Source of the DNA: Squalus acanthias
Lineage: Eukaryota
NCBI GenBank assembly: GCA_030390025.1
Contig: CM059437.1
Span: 54,126,001-54,190,000, forward strand
Length of the DNA stretch: 64,000 bases
Reading direction: 5' to 3'
Positions within the stretch are counted from its first letter, which is position 1, and each line of letters starts with the position of its first letter. The notes under the pieces were generated by a model, which made no database searches, had not been told where the DNA came from, and saw nothing but the letters and a program-made list of their open reading frames with translations. Both the position numbers and the translations under genes were made by a program. This document shows, piece after piece, positions 25,136 through 38,405 of this stretch.

Positions 25136-26555
25136 AGAACATAAGAACAGAAGAACAGAAGAAATAGGAGCTGGAGTAGGCCATTTGGCCCTTCGAGCCT
25201 ACTCCGCCATTCAACAAGATGATGGCTGATCTTCCACTTCAACTCCCGCTCTAGCCCCATATCCCTTAATTCCCCCAAAATTATCGACCTCTGCCTTGAA
25301 AATGCTCAATGACTGAGCATCCACAGCTCTCTGGGGTAAAGAATTCCAAAGATTCACAACCCTTCGAGTGAAGAAATTTCTCCGCATCTCAGTCCTAAAT
25401 GGCCGACCCCTTATTCTGAGACTGTGACCCCTTGGTCTAGATTCCCCAGCCAGGGGAAACTTTTTCTCAGCATTAACCCTGTCAAGCCCCTTAATTATTT
25501 TATATGTTTCAATTAGATCACCTCTCATTCTTCTAAACTCTGGGGAATATAGGCCTAGTCTACTCAATCTCTCCTCATAGGGCAATCCCGTCATCCCAGG
25601 AACAAATCTAGTGAACCTTCGTTGTACTCCCTCGAAGGCAAGTATGTCTTTCCTTAGATAAGGAAACCAGAACTGTCCACAGTACTCCAGGTGTGGCCTC
25701 ACCAATGGCCTGTATAATTGTAGTAAGACTTCTTTACTATCATACTCGAATCCCTTTGTAACAACAGCTAACATGCCATTTGCTTTCCTAATTGCTTGCT
25801 GTACCTGCATGTTAACTTGCTGTGATTCATGTACAAGGACACCCAGGTCTCTCTGAATGCAAAAATTTCTCAGTCTCTCACCATTCAAAAAAATTCTGCT
25901 TTTTTGTTTTTCACACTTCCCCACATTGTACGCCATTTAACATGTTCTTGCCCACTCAGTCAACCTGCCTATATCTCGCTGCAGCTTCCTAGCCTCCTCC
26001 TGACAGCTTAGTTTCCCACCTAACTTTGTATCATCAGCAAACTTGGATACGTTATAGTCAGTCCGTTCATCTAAGTCATTAATACAGATTGTAAATAGCT
26101 GAGGCCCAAGCACTGATCCTTGCGGTACCCTGCTATTTACAGCCTGCCAACCTGAAAAAGTCCAGTTGCTTCCTACTCTGTTTTCTGTCCATTAACCAAT
26201 CCTCAATCCACGCAAGTATATTACCCCCAATCCCATGAGTCCAATTTTGTGCAATAACCTCTTGTGTGGCACCTTAGCGAATGCTTTTTTGAGAATCCAA
26301 ATACACTACATCCACTGGCTCCTCCTTATCCATCCTACTAGTTACATCTAAAAAAAGTCGAACAGATTTGTCAAACACGACTTCCCTTTCGTAAAACCAT
26401 GTTGATTCTGCCTAATCATATTATGATTTTCTAAGTGCCCTGTTACCACGTCCCTAATAATAGATTCTAGCATTTTACCTGCTACTGATGTGAGGCTAAC
26501 TGGCCGATAGTTCCCCTTTATTTCTCTTCCTCCTTTCTTAAATAGCAGGGTTAAA
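25136..26555 (-). mobile_element. CR1 LINE 3' portion
   Basis: NYRPVSLTSV, LVRPHLEYCGQFW, RRNFFTRRVVNLWNSLP; short tandem tail. Confidence 0.9.
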
Positions 26556-27382
26556 AATAGGACGTCTTGCACTGTTGACCCACTGCACGAAGCTGGAGTG
26601 CTGCGTGCGAGACCCTGGGTGCCCCTTCCCTGGCCTGCTGAGCCATTTGTCTTAGTGCTGAAGCACTTTTCCCATTTTTTCGGAAGGGAATTCTGCTTTA
26701 AGTGCTGAAGACTCCCATTAGGGACTTCTTTTTAATGTTTTTGTTGAAGGCTGTAAGGGCTGTAAACTGCATTTTTTCACTTCATTTTAATTTTTATTAG
26801 TTCTGAAGACATTGCCCATTTAATTACCCCCAATACCTTGCGAACTCCATAGCCTCTCTACCAGAAGCTGTCAGCAGCTGGAATGCCACTTCAGGACGGG
26901 AACTTTGACTTCCTTGCCTGCACTAACTGCACAGGAGGGTGTTATACAGTAAGTTAGCGCTGGGCTAAAAATCTTTAGCCCCAGCACGAATCTTTCCCTG
27001 GCAGCGCTTCGTCCATTTTCAGCGGCGTTAACCCGAGTTGCTGGTGACACCGGCAACTCTCGTGGCCGCCATGAATTCAGCGCCTCCCCCCAAATGTCTT
27101 TCACATTCCTGTGTGTTCGAAGTATAGGTGGTGCAACATTGTCACCTACTGGTGCAGTAGCATATAACACACAGGAATAATATGATGGTAGACTGAGAGC
27201 TGATAGGTTCGAAGGAAGTCACCTGCAGTTGCTTTGAAATTGTCTATCAAATGTATAAATATCAGTGAGCTTTAGAACGAGTGGTCTTTCAAGTTTACAA
27301 TCTATCTGTTGAGTTGTATGCTAATACCTGCCCAATGGATATTCTACCTGTGCGTATATAGACGTATTACGTGCATGTACTC

Positions 27383-29800
27383 ATAGAGTCATAGTGTCAT
27401 TACGGCATAGAAGGAGGCCATTCGGCCCATCGAGTCCATGCCGGCTCTCTGTAGAGCAATCCAGTCAGTCCCATTTCCCCGCTCTATCCCCATAGCACTG
27501 CAAGTTTATTTCCCTCAAGTGCCTATCCAATTTCCTTTTGAAATCATTGATCATCTCCGCTTCCACCATCCTCGTCGGCAGTGAGTTCCAGGTCATTACC
27601 ACTCGCTGCAAAAAAAGTTCTTCCTCAGATCCCCCCTGTATCTTTTGCACATGAGGGTGTTACACAGTAAGTTAGCGCTGGGCTAAAAATCTTTAGCCCC
27701 AGAACAAATCTTTCCCTGGCAGCGCGTCGTCCATTTTCAGCGGCTTTAACCGAGTTGCTGGTGACACCGGCAACTCTCGTGGCCGCCACGAATTACCCCC
27801 AACCCAAATGTCTTTCACATTCCTGTGTGTTCGAAGTATAGGTGGTGCAACATTGTCACCTACTGGTGCAGTAGCATATAACACACAGGGATGATATGAT
27901 AGTAGACTGAGAGCTGATAGGTTTGAAGGAAGTCACCTGCAGTTGCTTTGAAATTGTCTATCAAATGTATAAATATCAGTGAGCTTTAAATTTGTGTCCC
28001 CATGTCCTTGTATCATCAGCTAATGGGAACAGTCTTTCTCTGTCTACCTTATCCAAACCCGTCATAATCTTGTACACCTCTCCCCTCAACCTCCTTTCCT
28101 CCAAGGAAAACAACCCCAGCTTCTCCAACGTAACCGTGCAGCTAAAATCCCTCATCCCTGGAACCATTCTGGTAAATGGCCTCTGAACCCTCTCAAGGAC
28201 CTTCACATGCTTTCCAAAGTGTGGTGACCAGAACTGGATGCAATACTCTAGTTGTGGCCTAACAAGAGCTTTATCAAGTTTCAGCATAACTTCCCTGCTT
28301 TTCTACTCAATACCTCTATTTATGAAGCCCAAGATCCCATATGCTTTGCTAACTATTCGCTCAATATGTCCTGCCACCTTCAAAGATCTATGCACATGAA
28401 CTCTTAGGTCCCTCTGTCCCTGCACACTCCTTAGAACTGTGCCATTAAGTCTATATTGTTTCTCCCTATCCTTTCTGCCAAAATGCATCACCTCACACTT
28501 CTCTGTATTAAATTCCACCTGCCACTTGTCTGCTCATTCTGCTAACCTATCTATCTCCTGTTGCAGTCGATTGGTATCCTCCTCACTTTTTGCCACACCT
28601 CCAAGTTTGGTATCATCGGCAAATTTTGAAATTTTACACTGTATTGCAATATCCAAGACATTTATATATACCAAAAAAGCAGTGGTCTTAGCACTGACCC
28701 TTGGGGAACACCACTGTCTACCACCCTCCAGTCTGAAAAACTACCATTTAGCACGACTCGCTGTTTTCAGTCCTGAAGATAATTTCTTATTCAAGCTGAC
28801 ACAGACCCTCCTATTCCAGGAGCCTCAATTGTGTTACCCAACCTTTTATGTGGTACTTTATCAAACGCTTTCTTAAAATCCGTATAAACTACATCCACTG
28901 CATTCCCTTCATCAACCTTCTCTGTTACCTCATCAAAAAATTCAATTAGATTAGTCAAACACGAACTGCCTTTTAGAAATCCGTGCAGGCTCTCCTTAAT
29001 TAACTTAAACCTCTCAACGTGCCTGTTAATTATTTCCCTGATTACTGTTTCTAAAACTTTATCCACCACTGGTTTTAAACTGACCGGCATGTAGTTACTA
29101 GGATTGTCCTTACAACCTTTCTTGAACAAGGGTGTCACATTTGCCACTTTCCAATCCTCTGGCACCTCCCCAGTATTTAGAGAAGATTGGAAGATTATAC
29201 CAAGCCCTTTCGCTATCTCCACCCCCACTTCCCTTAGCAACCTGCGATGCAAGCCATCCAGACCAGGCGACTTATCCACTCTAAGCATATCCAGCCTTTG
29301 CAGTACATCCTGCCTATCAATTTTCACCCCATCCATTACCTCTACCATCTCCGCTTCTACCGATGTTTTGTCAGCATCCTCTTCCCTAGTAAACACCGAT
29401 ACAAAGTACTCATTAAGTATTCTAGCCTTGCCTTGCGCCTCTAACCATATATCACCTTCTTTGCCCCTAATAGGCCCCACCTCACCTCTTACTATCCGTT
29501 TACTATTTATATGCTGGTAGAATATTATTCGGTTCCCTTTTATGTTAACTGCCATTCTATTTTCATATTCTCTCTTTGCCAGTCTTATTTTCCTCTTCAC
29601 TTCCCCTCTCAATTTATTGTATTTGGCCTGGTTCTCACTTGAAGAATTAACCTGACATGCCTCATACATCCTCTTTTTGTTTCATCATATTCTCTATCTC
29701 CCTCGTCATCCAAGGAGCCCTGCCTTTGGTTCCCTTACCTTTCCCTCTTTTTAGAATGTACCTAACCTCGACCTGAAACATCTCCTCCTTAAAGATCACC
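27383..29800 (-). mobile_element. CR1 LINE (RT and 3' end), interrupted by a 343-bp templated insertion and cut at its 5' side by a Gypsy LTR
   Basis: ORF 28791-29669 with KSPGLDG and VDVVYTDFKKAFDKVPH; downstream LVRPQLEYCIQFW. Confidence 0.9.
27646..27988 (+). repeat. Local copy of 26928-27274 inserted into a LINE
   Basis: Near-identical direct repeat; ORFs 26871-27170 and 27693-27884 start identically. Confidence 0.9.
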
Positions 29801-32800
29801 TGACGTAATAAAGACTCACTACGCACTTGAACATAAAGCAAGGCTTTAATCAACTTGTAACAAAACATGGAGGTCCAGTTAGCAGTCACTAGCTTCCTGT
29901 TTCCAGATTGTCTCTGCCCAAGGTGGGCCCATGCCTGAGTATTTATACTCCCTGGACGGCGCCCCAGCTGGCCGCCCAGTAGTACTTCCTGAGTTGTTAC
30001 TTGCGATTTATGACATTCTTCCTCCCTAAAAGGTTTGGAAGTCCAGTCTTCCTTTAACAGACTAGGCGGACCAGAAATAGCCGCAGACGTTTAGCTCTCT
30101 GCTTGTGACTGGAAGGCACGTCTCCCCGGACCGTGTCCTGGTCCCTGGGTCGCTTGGCCCGTACCGGTAAGTCAGTAGAGTCCGCGTCATCTTGATCATC
30201 CTGTGGAGGACTGGGAATATCATGACTCTGGGTGCGGGTCCCCACAGGTGCTGAGCTGGCCTCATCCCGGGTCGTGGCTGGACATTGTCCGGCGTCCTGG
30301 TTTCGGGTGGCCATCCTACGGGGAGCATCCAGCTCCCTGAGTTGATCCGGTAGCGTTGCCGGCAGATCCCCCGATGTCCCAGGTGCGGCGTCATTTTCAT
30401 AGGGGTGCGGAGTGTTGATATCATTGTCGGGGGATCCTTCATCATTCGGGCCCGTGTGACCGGTTGGGCAGGGAGCCAGATCTTGGAGCGAGACGGTGGT
30501 CTCCCGGCCATCAGGGTACCGTACGTGCGCATACGTGGGGTTTACCTCCGTTAACTCCACCTCGTCAACGAGAGGGTCGTTTTTGGCAGACTGGACGAAC
30601 CTCCGGAGTAGTACCGGGCCTGGAGCCACCAACCATGATGGTAGAGACGTCCCATGTGTAGAGCGACGCCGGAATTTGAAGAATCGCTCATGAGGCGTGA
30701 CATTAGTAGATGTGGAGAGAAGAGACCTGATAGAGTGTAACGCGTCGGGGAGCACCGTTTCCCACTGCTGGTCCGGCAGGTTGCGTGACCTTAGTGCCAG
30801 ACGGACAGTGTTCCAGATGATGGCATTGTATCGTTCAACCTGTCCGTTACCGATTGGGTGATATGGTGTCGTCCTACTTGAGGCGATTCCCCGTTGGGAG
30901 AGATAACTTTTAAGTTCACTCGACATAAAGGAGGGACCCCGATCAGTGTGGATAAAATTGGCTGTCCCGCAAAGGGAAAAGACCTGATCGAGGCATTTAA
31001 TTACCGTAGAGGTAAGCATATTAGGGCAGGGGAAGGCGAAGGGAAAGCGTGAATACTCGTCCACCATCGTAAGTAGGTAGGTGTTCCTTGTCGACGAAGG
31101 CAATGGCCCTTTAAAGTCTATGCTGAGCCTCTGCATAGGCTGCATTGCATGTATGAGTAAGCCATCTGATGGGCGAAAGAATTGTGGTTTCAATTCTGCA
31201 CAAATCCTACAGGAGGAGCATGTTTTCTTTACATCCTCGGTTGAAAATGGTAGACTTTTGGAGCGCACAAAGTGCAACATGCGGGTCACACCAGGATGGC
31301 ATAAGTCCATATGCAAATCCGCCAGAGTCGACGTTGACATTGAGGAGCAAAATGCCCGTGTGAAGGTATCTGGGGCCACGTTCTGTTTGCCGGGTCGGTA
31401 ACAGATAGTATATCCAAAGGCAGCCAGCTCCATCCTCCAGAGTTGAATTTTATTATTTTTGATTTTCGTGCGCCTCCGGTTATCCAACATGAAGGCCACA
31501 GAGCGCTGGTCAGTTATAAGCGTAAAATGACGCCGAGCAAGAAAATGACCCCATTGGCGTACAGCCTCGATGATGGCCGTAGCCTCCTTCTCGACGGGGG
31601 GGGGGGGGGGGGGGGGGGGTAATGGAGCTCGCTACCCTCCAAGGTTCTGGATAGGAATGCCACGGGTCGGCCACCTTGATTCAAGGTAGCGGAGATCGCC
31701 ACCTCCGATGCATCGCATTCGACCACAAAAGGAAGATTTTCGTCAATGGAGCGAAGCGTGGCTTTCTCCAGCTGTCGTTTGAGGAGGTTGAAGGCAGAAA
31801 TAGCCGTAGCTTCCAATGGAAAAGACTTCGCATGGAGCAGGGGCTGTATTTTATCGGAGAAGTGTGGTATCCATTTTGCGTAATAAGCAAACATGCCAAG
31901 TGCCCGACGAAGAGAGCCGAGGTTCGTCGGGGGAGGGAGCTCCTGAAGTGGACGAAGTCGCTCTGGGTCTGGTTTAATAACACCGTTGCCCACCCAGTAG
32001 CCAAGAATGTTCACCGATGGCACTAACTTCACCGATTTGGATTCGTTTAACGTTAAGTGGCGACGGCGGAGTACGTCAAAAAATCTTTGAAGATTGGCGT
32101 CATGCTCCTTTTGATCATGGCCGGCAATAGTGATATTGTCTAAATACGGAAAGGTATCCGTCAAGTTCTCTTGCCGGACTAGGCCATCCATAATACCGTC
32201 GACTAAAAGGCGAGAGATTTCCGCCTCAATAAACGCTCGATCATCTTGGCTAAAGCGCCGCGATTTGGTGGCTATGGGTTTACAGCGGGGGGGAAGATTG
32301 GCAAACAGGGAGGGTTCACCGAGTAAGGCCGCCGAGAGTGCACAAAATGGCACCTTAGAAATGGTAAGCTCCGGCCTTGACCCTCCAAACTCAAAAGTGA
32401 TCTTCTTGTGCTGCTTCTGGAAGCCCTGTCCCAGAAGCACATCGCTGCATAAGTTTGCGAGTACTCCGAGCCGGGTGGAGAGATACGTGCGGCCGTTGAG
32501 GATGAGGTTGACAAGACAGAAGCCAGAAGAATTGATGGTCAGAGTCGTCAGAGCCATTGCAATCTCCCTGTCCGAGGGATAAATGTGCAGTTTTAACCTG
32601 TTGACAGCCCACTTACTAATGAAGCTGTCAGAGCTGCAGGAGTCGATTAGCGCGCTTAGAGTGTGCCCATTTACTGAAACCTTCGTGGCTGCATGGGACA
32701 AACTTTGGGGAAAAACAGCCGTGATGGGAGGAGGGGCAATTTTCCCTTCGGCAACTGTAGCCTTAACAGTAGTTCTTGGGGGAGGAGCAGCTCCATAGAT

Positions 32801-33040
32801 AGCAGCTGTGAAGCTAACAGGAGCTCTCGACCGGTATACTTTAGAGGAGCGGCCTTTCTTGTTAGCAAAGGCCCGTGACTGGCATACCTTGGAAAAGTGT
32901 CCTTTCTTGCTGCAATGATTGCAGGTCACATTAAGAGCCGGGCAAAATTTTCTGTGATGGCACGCCCCTCCACAAAAGAAACACTTTCTTCCTGATTGCC
33001 AGGATGCTGCTAGGGCGGGGTCGTCATCAGCGAAGGCCTC
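29801..33040 (-). mobile_element. 5'-truncated Ty3/Gypsy element (Mag-like double CCHC gag) with 3' LTR at 29801-30015
   Basis: LTR TGTCATAA...TTACGTCA with PPT AGGGAGGAAGAA at 30016-30027. Motifs: CFFCGG..H...C and CNHCSKKGHFSKVC, LIDS protease, YLDN RT with an internal deletion at ~32190, RNase H (CDAS), integrase HPG/SIDFKGP/DRG. Confidence 0.9.
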
Positions 33041-33689
33041 ATATGGTGTAATACCTGGTCGGCTGCATCCTTCGTAAATGCTACCTGAGGCTTCTTTGCT
33101 CCATCCTGCGCGGTTTCTCCTCCTCCTCCTCCATGATAATTGCATAGAGCGGTAAGTCCATAGGAAATATCATCTTCAGGACCATGAGACTTAGCGGATT
33201 CCCTTGTTTTAGTTCACACAGAATGACACTGACAGAAGTACCAATTGACGATGATAGTTAAAGAGGAGAATTCACCTTCTGCACTTTACACCAGTTCTCA
33301 TTCTGTGTTCGCAGGAAACAACGTGGGAGATTTCCAATGGACACCTGAGCCGTAAATAACAGAATGAGTGAACAACACAAACAGGGATTGATGGTGTTCC
33401 TCAAATTTTCGGCAAGTACTCACGATGTAACCACGTCACCCGTTCGCAGTAAAACAGAAGGGCCCGACTCTCGATACTCGACACAATTCTGTTCAATGGG
33501 TTTTCACGAATTGGAACTGAATGGAACCACGTCGATTTTGGAAGGTTTAGATAATGGATGGCAGGAATTAGCGCTTCCCGACATATATTTTATTAGGCAT
33601 TACTGGGGAAACATTTAACATTTTCGTAGGTGCGCAGAAACGCAACATCTTCTCACAAGCACGCAGGGTCAGTATCAGTTTTGTGGTAA

Positions 33690-34255
33690 TAAATCACTGG
33701 TTAGGCCTCAGCTGAATTATTGTGTCCAGTTCTGGCACAGCACTTAAGGGAGAATGTCAAGGACATGGTGAGGGTGCAGAGGTAATTTATCAAAATGATA
33801 CCAGAGATGAGGTTCTTCAATTATGTGGAGATATAGAAGGGCTGCGTAATTCTCCTTAGAGCGGGGAAGGTTAAGGGGAGATTTGATGGAGCTGGTTAAA
33901 ACTACGAAGGGTTTTAATAAAGAGAAACAGTCTCCATTGGCAGCTGTGTCAGGAACAGAAGATATACATTTAAGATTATTGGCAAAATAACTAGAGGGAG
34001 GATGATGGGAATTGTTTTATGCAACGAGTTGTTATGATCTGGAATTCACTGCCGGAAAGGGAAGCAACTTCAGTAGTAACTTTTAAAAGGGAATTGGATA
34101 AATACTTGAAAAGGTAAAATGTTGCAGTGTTATGGGGAAGGAGCAGGTAAGTGGGACTAATTGGAAAGCTCTTTCAATGAGCCGGTGCTGGCACGATGGG
34201 CCGAATGGCCTGCTCCTGTTATGTATGATTCTATTATGCTACGATTCTATGATTC
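33690..34255 (+). mobile_element. Degenerate CR1 3' end
   Basis: LVRPQL.YCVQF remnant; (ATTCTATG)-type tail. Confidence 0.75.
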
Positions 34256-34409
34256 TATAGAACACAGACGCATTGTATGAAATAACATGAAGCGGATCTA
34301 ATTGATTTTTATGATAGCAAAATACTGCGGATGCTGGAAAATTGAAACAACAACAGAAAACGCTGGAAAAACTCAGCAGGCCAGGCAACATCCGTGAAGA
34401 GAGAAACAG

Positions 34410-34446
34410 AGTTAACGTTTCTGGTCGAAAACCCTTCGTCAGAACT
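34410..34446 (-). ncRNA. Minimal type I hammerhead ribozyme, antisense copy
   Basis: Minus strand AGTT-CTGACGA-AGGGTTTTCGACCA-GAAACGTTAACT; stem II has one extra mismatch. Confidence 0.6.
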
Positions 34447-34746
34447 GAGAAAAAAGCAGGAAATGAAACAGATAAAAAAGCAAGTGCGAGGCTGGGGGGA
34501 GGAATTGTGCCTTTTCCCTTTTTTCTCTCTCTCGCCCCCACGGCAGTTGTCTCTCATTCTGCCAGCATTTCACACTTCACACTTCTGAGCCACCCTTTGT
34601 TTCTTAACCTGTCCTATTACCATCTCGTCTTGCCTTGAGCATCTCTTAATGTCTCTACTTACCATAGACCACCACTTTTGTTCTTTTATTCCTCCTCTCA
34701 GCCTCCCACTTGCTTTTTTATCTGTTTCATTTCCTGCTTTTTTCTC

Positions 34747-34783
34747 AGTTCTGACGAAGGGTTTTCGACCTGAAACGTTAACT
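34747..34783 (+). ncRNA. Minimal type I hammerhead ribozyme (dimer type)
   Basis: AGTT-CTGACGA-AGG(GTTTTCGA)CCT-GAA-ACGT-T-AACT: stem I AGTT/AACT, intact core, palindromic stem III. Confidence 0.7.
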
Positions 34784-35908
34784 CTGTTTCTCTCTCCACG
34801 GATGTTGCCTGACCTGATGAGCTTTTCCAGCGTTTTCTGTTGTTGTTTCCAATTGATTTATGTAGGAACCAGGGATCCATAATATTAACACAGGGTATCC
34901 AAGAATCGAAAATGTTCCTTGCTAATTCTAATTTTTATTGTTCTTTGATCTCAGGTTATGGGCAACAAAGATATGGCCTCAGCTATGGTATATCACTAGG
35001 TGCCCTGAGAAATTGGTGTAGGGCATTCTCCTTGAAGCTCTGAAATCCTTCTGGTGATGGTGCTCCCAACTCGGAATTGGGTAGGTAATCCCAGGTGATT
35101 GAACCAGCAACCGCGAAAGAGCGGCGACATATATCCAAGTTAGGATAGCCTATGGCTTGGAGGCGAACCTGGAGGTGATGGTGTTCGCACAACATTGTTG
35201 CTCTGATCCTTCTAGAGGTTAAGGTGACAGGGAGGACCAGTGCTATCAAATCAACCGTGGTAATTTGCTGCAGTGCATTCTGTAGATCCTACAGAATGCC
35301 AATGATGAGTTATATATCGAGTTCAATGGCAGGAGCTCAGATCAAGTGAACTGTTCTCTTTTGATTGGTGTTGAAATACTTGAGTGTTGTTGGGGCTGCA
35401 CGCATCCAGACGTATGATTACAGCTACTGGTGGCATTTTGTTTGAATTCGTCTGTGGTAGGAATTCCTCTGGTCACTGTGTAATGCGATCCGTAACTTTT
35501 GAGAAGATTTCCTCTAGTTCGTCTGGTGAACCTAGAAGCTTAGGAGACGTTCTTTTAGAAGGTTTACGAGATCACTAGCAATACTGAATGAGAGCATCTT
35601 CATCAACGCATTTACAATGTCCCACAAATCGTGATTAAATCAATTCCTAACCCGCCTGCAAACAAGTTGACGGAGGAACACTCGGTGTTAACACGAAGCT
35701 AAACTCAGAGCCACCAATGCCACACTGTACAGCTCTATAATGAAATAAAACACTAGTCCATCTCACATAAACAATATTGGTCATGTTCAATACAGGTAGG
35801 GCGAGGGTCAACAATTGTTACTCTCACTATGTTAGGGACCCAATCTTACTGACTTCATTAAATCCCACGATTACGTGAAACCCTTTGTTATGACAGGTTA
35901 TTTTAACA

Positions 35909-36200
35909 TAGAAACATAGAAACATAGAATCTAGGAGCAGGAGTAGGCCATTCGGCCCGTCGAGCCTGCTCCGCCATTCAATACGATCATGGCTGATCAT
36001 CCAAATCCAGTACCCTGTCCCTGCTTTAATCCCCACAGTACACATATCCCACCCTACCCCCGTAACCCCACGTAACCCCACATATTTAATTCCCCCTAAC
36101 ATATCCCATCCTATCCCCATAACCCCACATATTTAATCCCCCCTAACACTAAGGGTCAATTTATCATAGCCAAATCAACCTAACCCGCACATTTTTGGAC
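35909..36200 (-). mobile_element. SINE/CR1-tail composite insertion with short internal repeats
   Basis: (AACATAGA)3 tail; CR1-type 3' UTR GGCCGAATGGCCTACTCCTG; absent from the paralog at ~59980. Confidence 0.6.
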
Positions 36201-38082
36201 TTTACTTGTCAAATATGTAAATAACTGAGGAAATCAATCGATGGCTGTTTAGACACAAACATTCTTGGAGGAGAGGATGATGAGCTGTGGTTTGGACCAT
36301 CTGGATCTGGATTGGTTATTGTGTTTTGTATTTTAAACCTCGTTAACATAAAAATATATTTATATATTCGATTCAGACTATTTACATCGTGTTCAAATTG
36401 TGTGTTATCCCGGGCGGGGAGAAGACACTACGTGGCTTTCTGTAGCTCTGTCAGGAGGCCACTTTGAGGTCATACTGAGCTGGCTCATTGCAATCTTCGA
36501 TGATCAGACTGCTGCTTGTTACCTTTTTGTATTTTACACGCGATGTATTGCTTCGGTTCAGTGTCAATGAGTACTCTCATCAGCGAAACACCCTCCTCCT
36601 GGAACCAGAGTGCGGCTTTATCTGCCCAATATTTAAATGAAAATAATGTGCCTCGGATTGAACACAAAACGCTTCTGCTCTGTGAAGGGACAACCTTTTC
36701 AAAGGCACTCCAACCGCAGTGACTCGAAACGTAATTGTTCGCTGTCCTACTGCACATGGGGTGTGCAGCTAATTGAAAGTAAAAATCTAACGCAGGCATT
36801 TTTGCTTTATCTTCGGTGGGGACGAAATAACCGTGTGCAACCACGTATTGTGATTGAAAAAATCTCTCAAACTTCGTGTGTTCGGCACATTTGAAGTCAG
36901 ATCAATATAAATTATTGGCACTGAATTCAATGTGATGCTTTTTTGTTATTTAAATTGTTTCTCACTACATATATCTGCAGAGAATCTGGAGCATAGAAGC
37001 AGGTCAATTCCGGCCGTCCGCCTTGTTCCGGCTTTCTGTTAAATCTCGGTGGATCTGCACCTGACTTCCATTTACCCGTCTTTGTAACATATCTCTTGAT
37101 ACACTTACCGAATTAAAATCTATCGATCTCAGTCTTGAAAATGTCAATTGACCCATTAAGCACAGCCTTTGGGAGGTTGTGGGTGTGGAGCGGGGCGGGG
37201 GGGTGAGGGGTGGAGGGGGGTGGTGGGGGTGGGGGCGGGTGCGATGCGGGGATGCTTGTTCCAGATTTAAACTATCGTGTGTGTGAAAGGGTGCTTCCTG
37301 ATTTCAATCCTAAATTGCCCAGCTCTAATTTTAAGATTGTGTCCTCTTTTTGATTATTGTGAAGCTCAATTTAAAAATCGAGACTCTTATCTGAGCAGGT
37401 TTTAGTCAAAGGCCTGACAGAATCTGTAGTTGTGACACTTTGACTTGCTACTAATAGCACCTGTTTCAATATAACCGTTATTGACCAATGATTAAATTCC
37501 TCGGATAGTTTTGAAAAAGTCATGCAATTGCAGAAACTGCGCCGCTGTAGGTCCGGAATATCCAAAAGGAAGGCCGTCAGAGGTTTTCGCTGAATTTGTG
37601 TAACCAGATGATTTAGAAGAACTTACACCACGTGCTTTGAATCCTTTTCATAAAAACGGAGAACATTCAGCCAAGTCGACTTTAAAACTATGTTGCATGA
37701 TTATTTTCACGAAATGTTAATTTAAATTATACATCGTGTATTCACTGCTTTCACCAAAAAATAAAACCTCACTATTTAGTCACATTTAGAAAGTTGCTAT
37801 GCATTGCCTCGGGGATATCGGACAGGAAAGAATAAGAACACCTGAGATAATGGAAGAGTCATTTTATTTCACTGCGGTATTTGTAAAGTTACACTGAAAC
37901 TTTGATCAGCTCAGGGAAAACACACTTTAAAATACAGACAGCGGAATGTAGCGGAGAAACTGCACATCTGTTGTGATTGGAAATGTTCCACTTAAAATCA
38001 AACATGTAATATCTGAACACGGAGAGTAATTTTAAAGAAACATTACTAATGGTATAATAGATCAATACATAAGATTCTTGAA

Positions 38083-38405
38083 TCAGATACAGCTGGATCT
38101 GGCGATACTTGTTTTAAGCGGGTTTGCCTGAGTCTCGTGTTTAACCACACAGGAGTAAAGCTCGTGTGAGTTCCACTCTGAGGCTGGCAGAGTCAGATAA
38201 CTGCTCACACTGAACGTGTTGTCCGTCTCCTGCTGGATCCGACTGGTCTCAACACCATTCCCTCTCACACTGCCATCGACAGTCCACTCAATCTCCACAG
38301 CGCCCGGGTTAAAGCCGCTCACCAAACACACCAGGGTCGCCGTGTTCTTTGCTGCGATTTGATCCGATGAAGGCGAAAGGACAGACACCGCGGGGCCTCG
38401 CGGAC
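38083..38405 (-). CDS. IGLC: Ig light chain constant exon, cluster 2
   Basis: Acceptor ttttcag; 323 nt; PRGPAVSVLSPS...CLVSGFNP...YSCVVKH...SSCI*. Confidence 0.96.

Larger units (their letters stand above)
34309..34852. mobile_element. Penelope-derived foldback insertion: 153/154-bp inverted pLTR arms (34342-34494, 34699-34852)
   Basis: Near-perfect inverted repeat; AATTGATTT duplicated at 34300 and 34851; paralogous empty site at ~57200. Confidence 0.85.

Noticed and set aside
36020-36150. Short spaced repeats (TTTAATCCCC/TAACCCCAC) resembling a CRISPR or telomeric array
   Set aside because: Eukaryotic context, irregular units inside a SINE/LINE composite, and not TTAGGG
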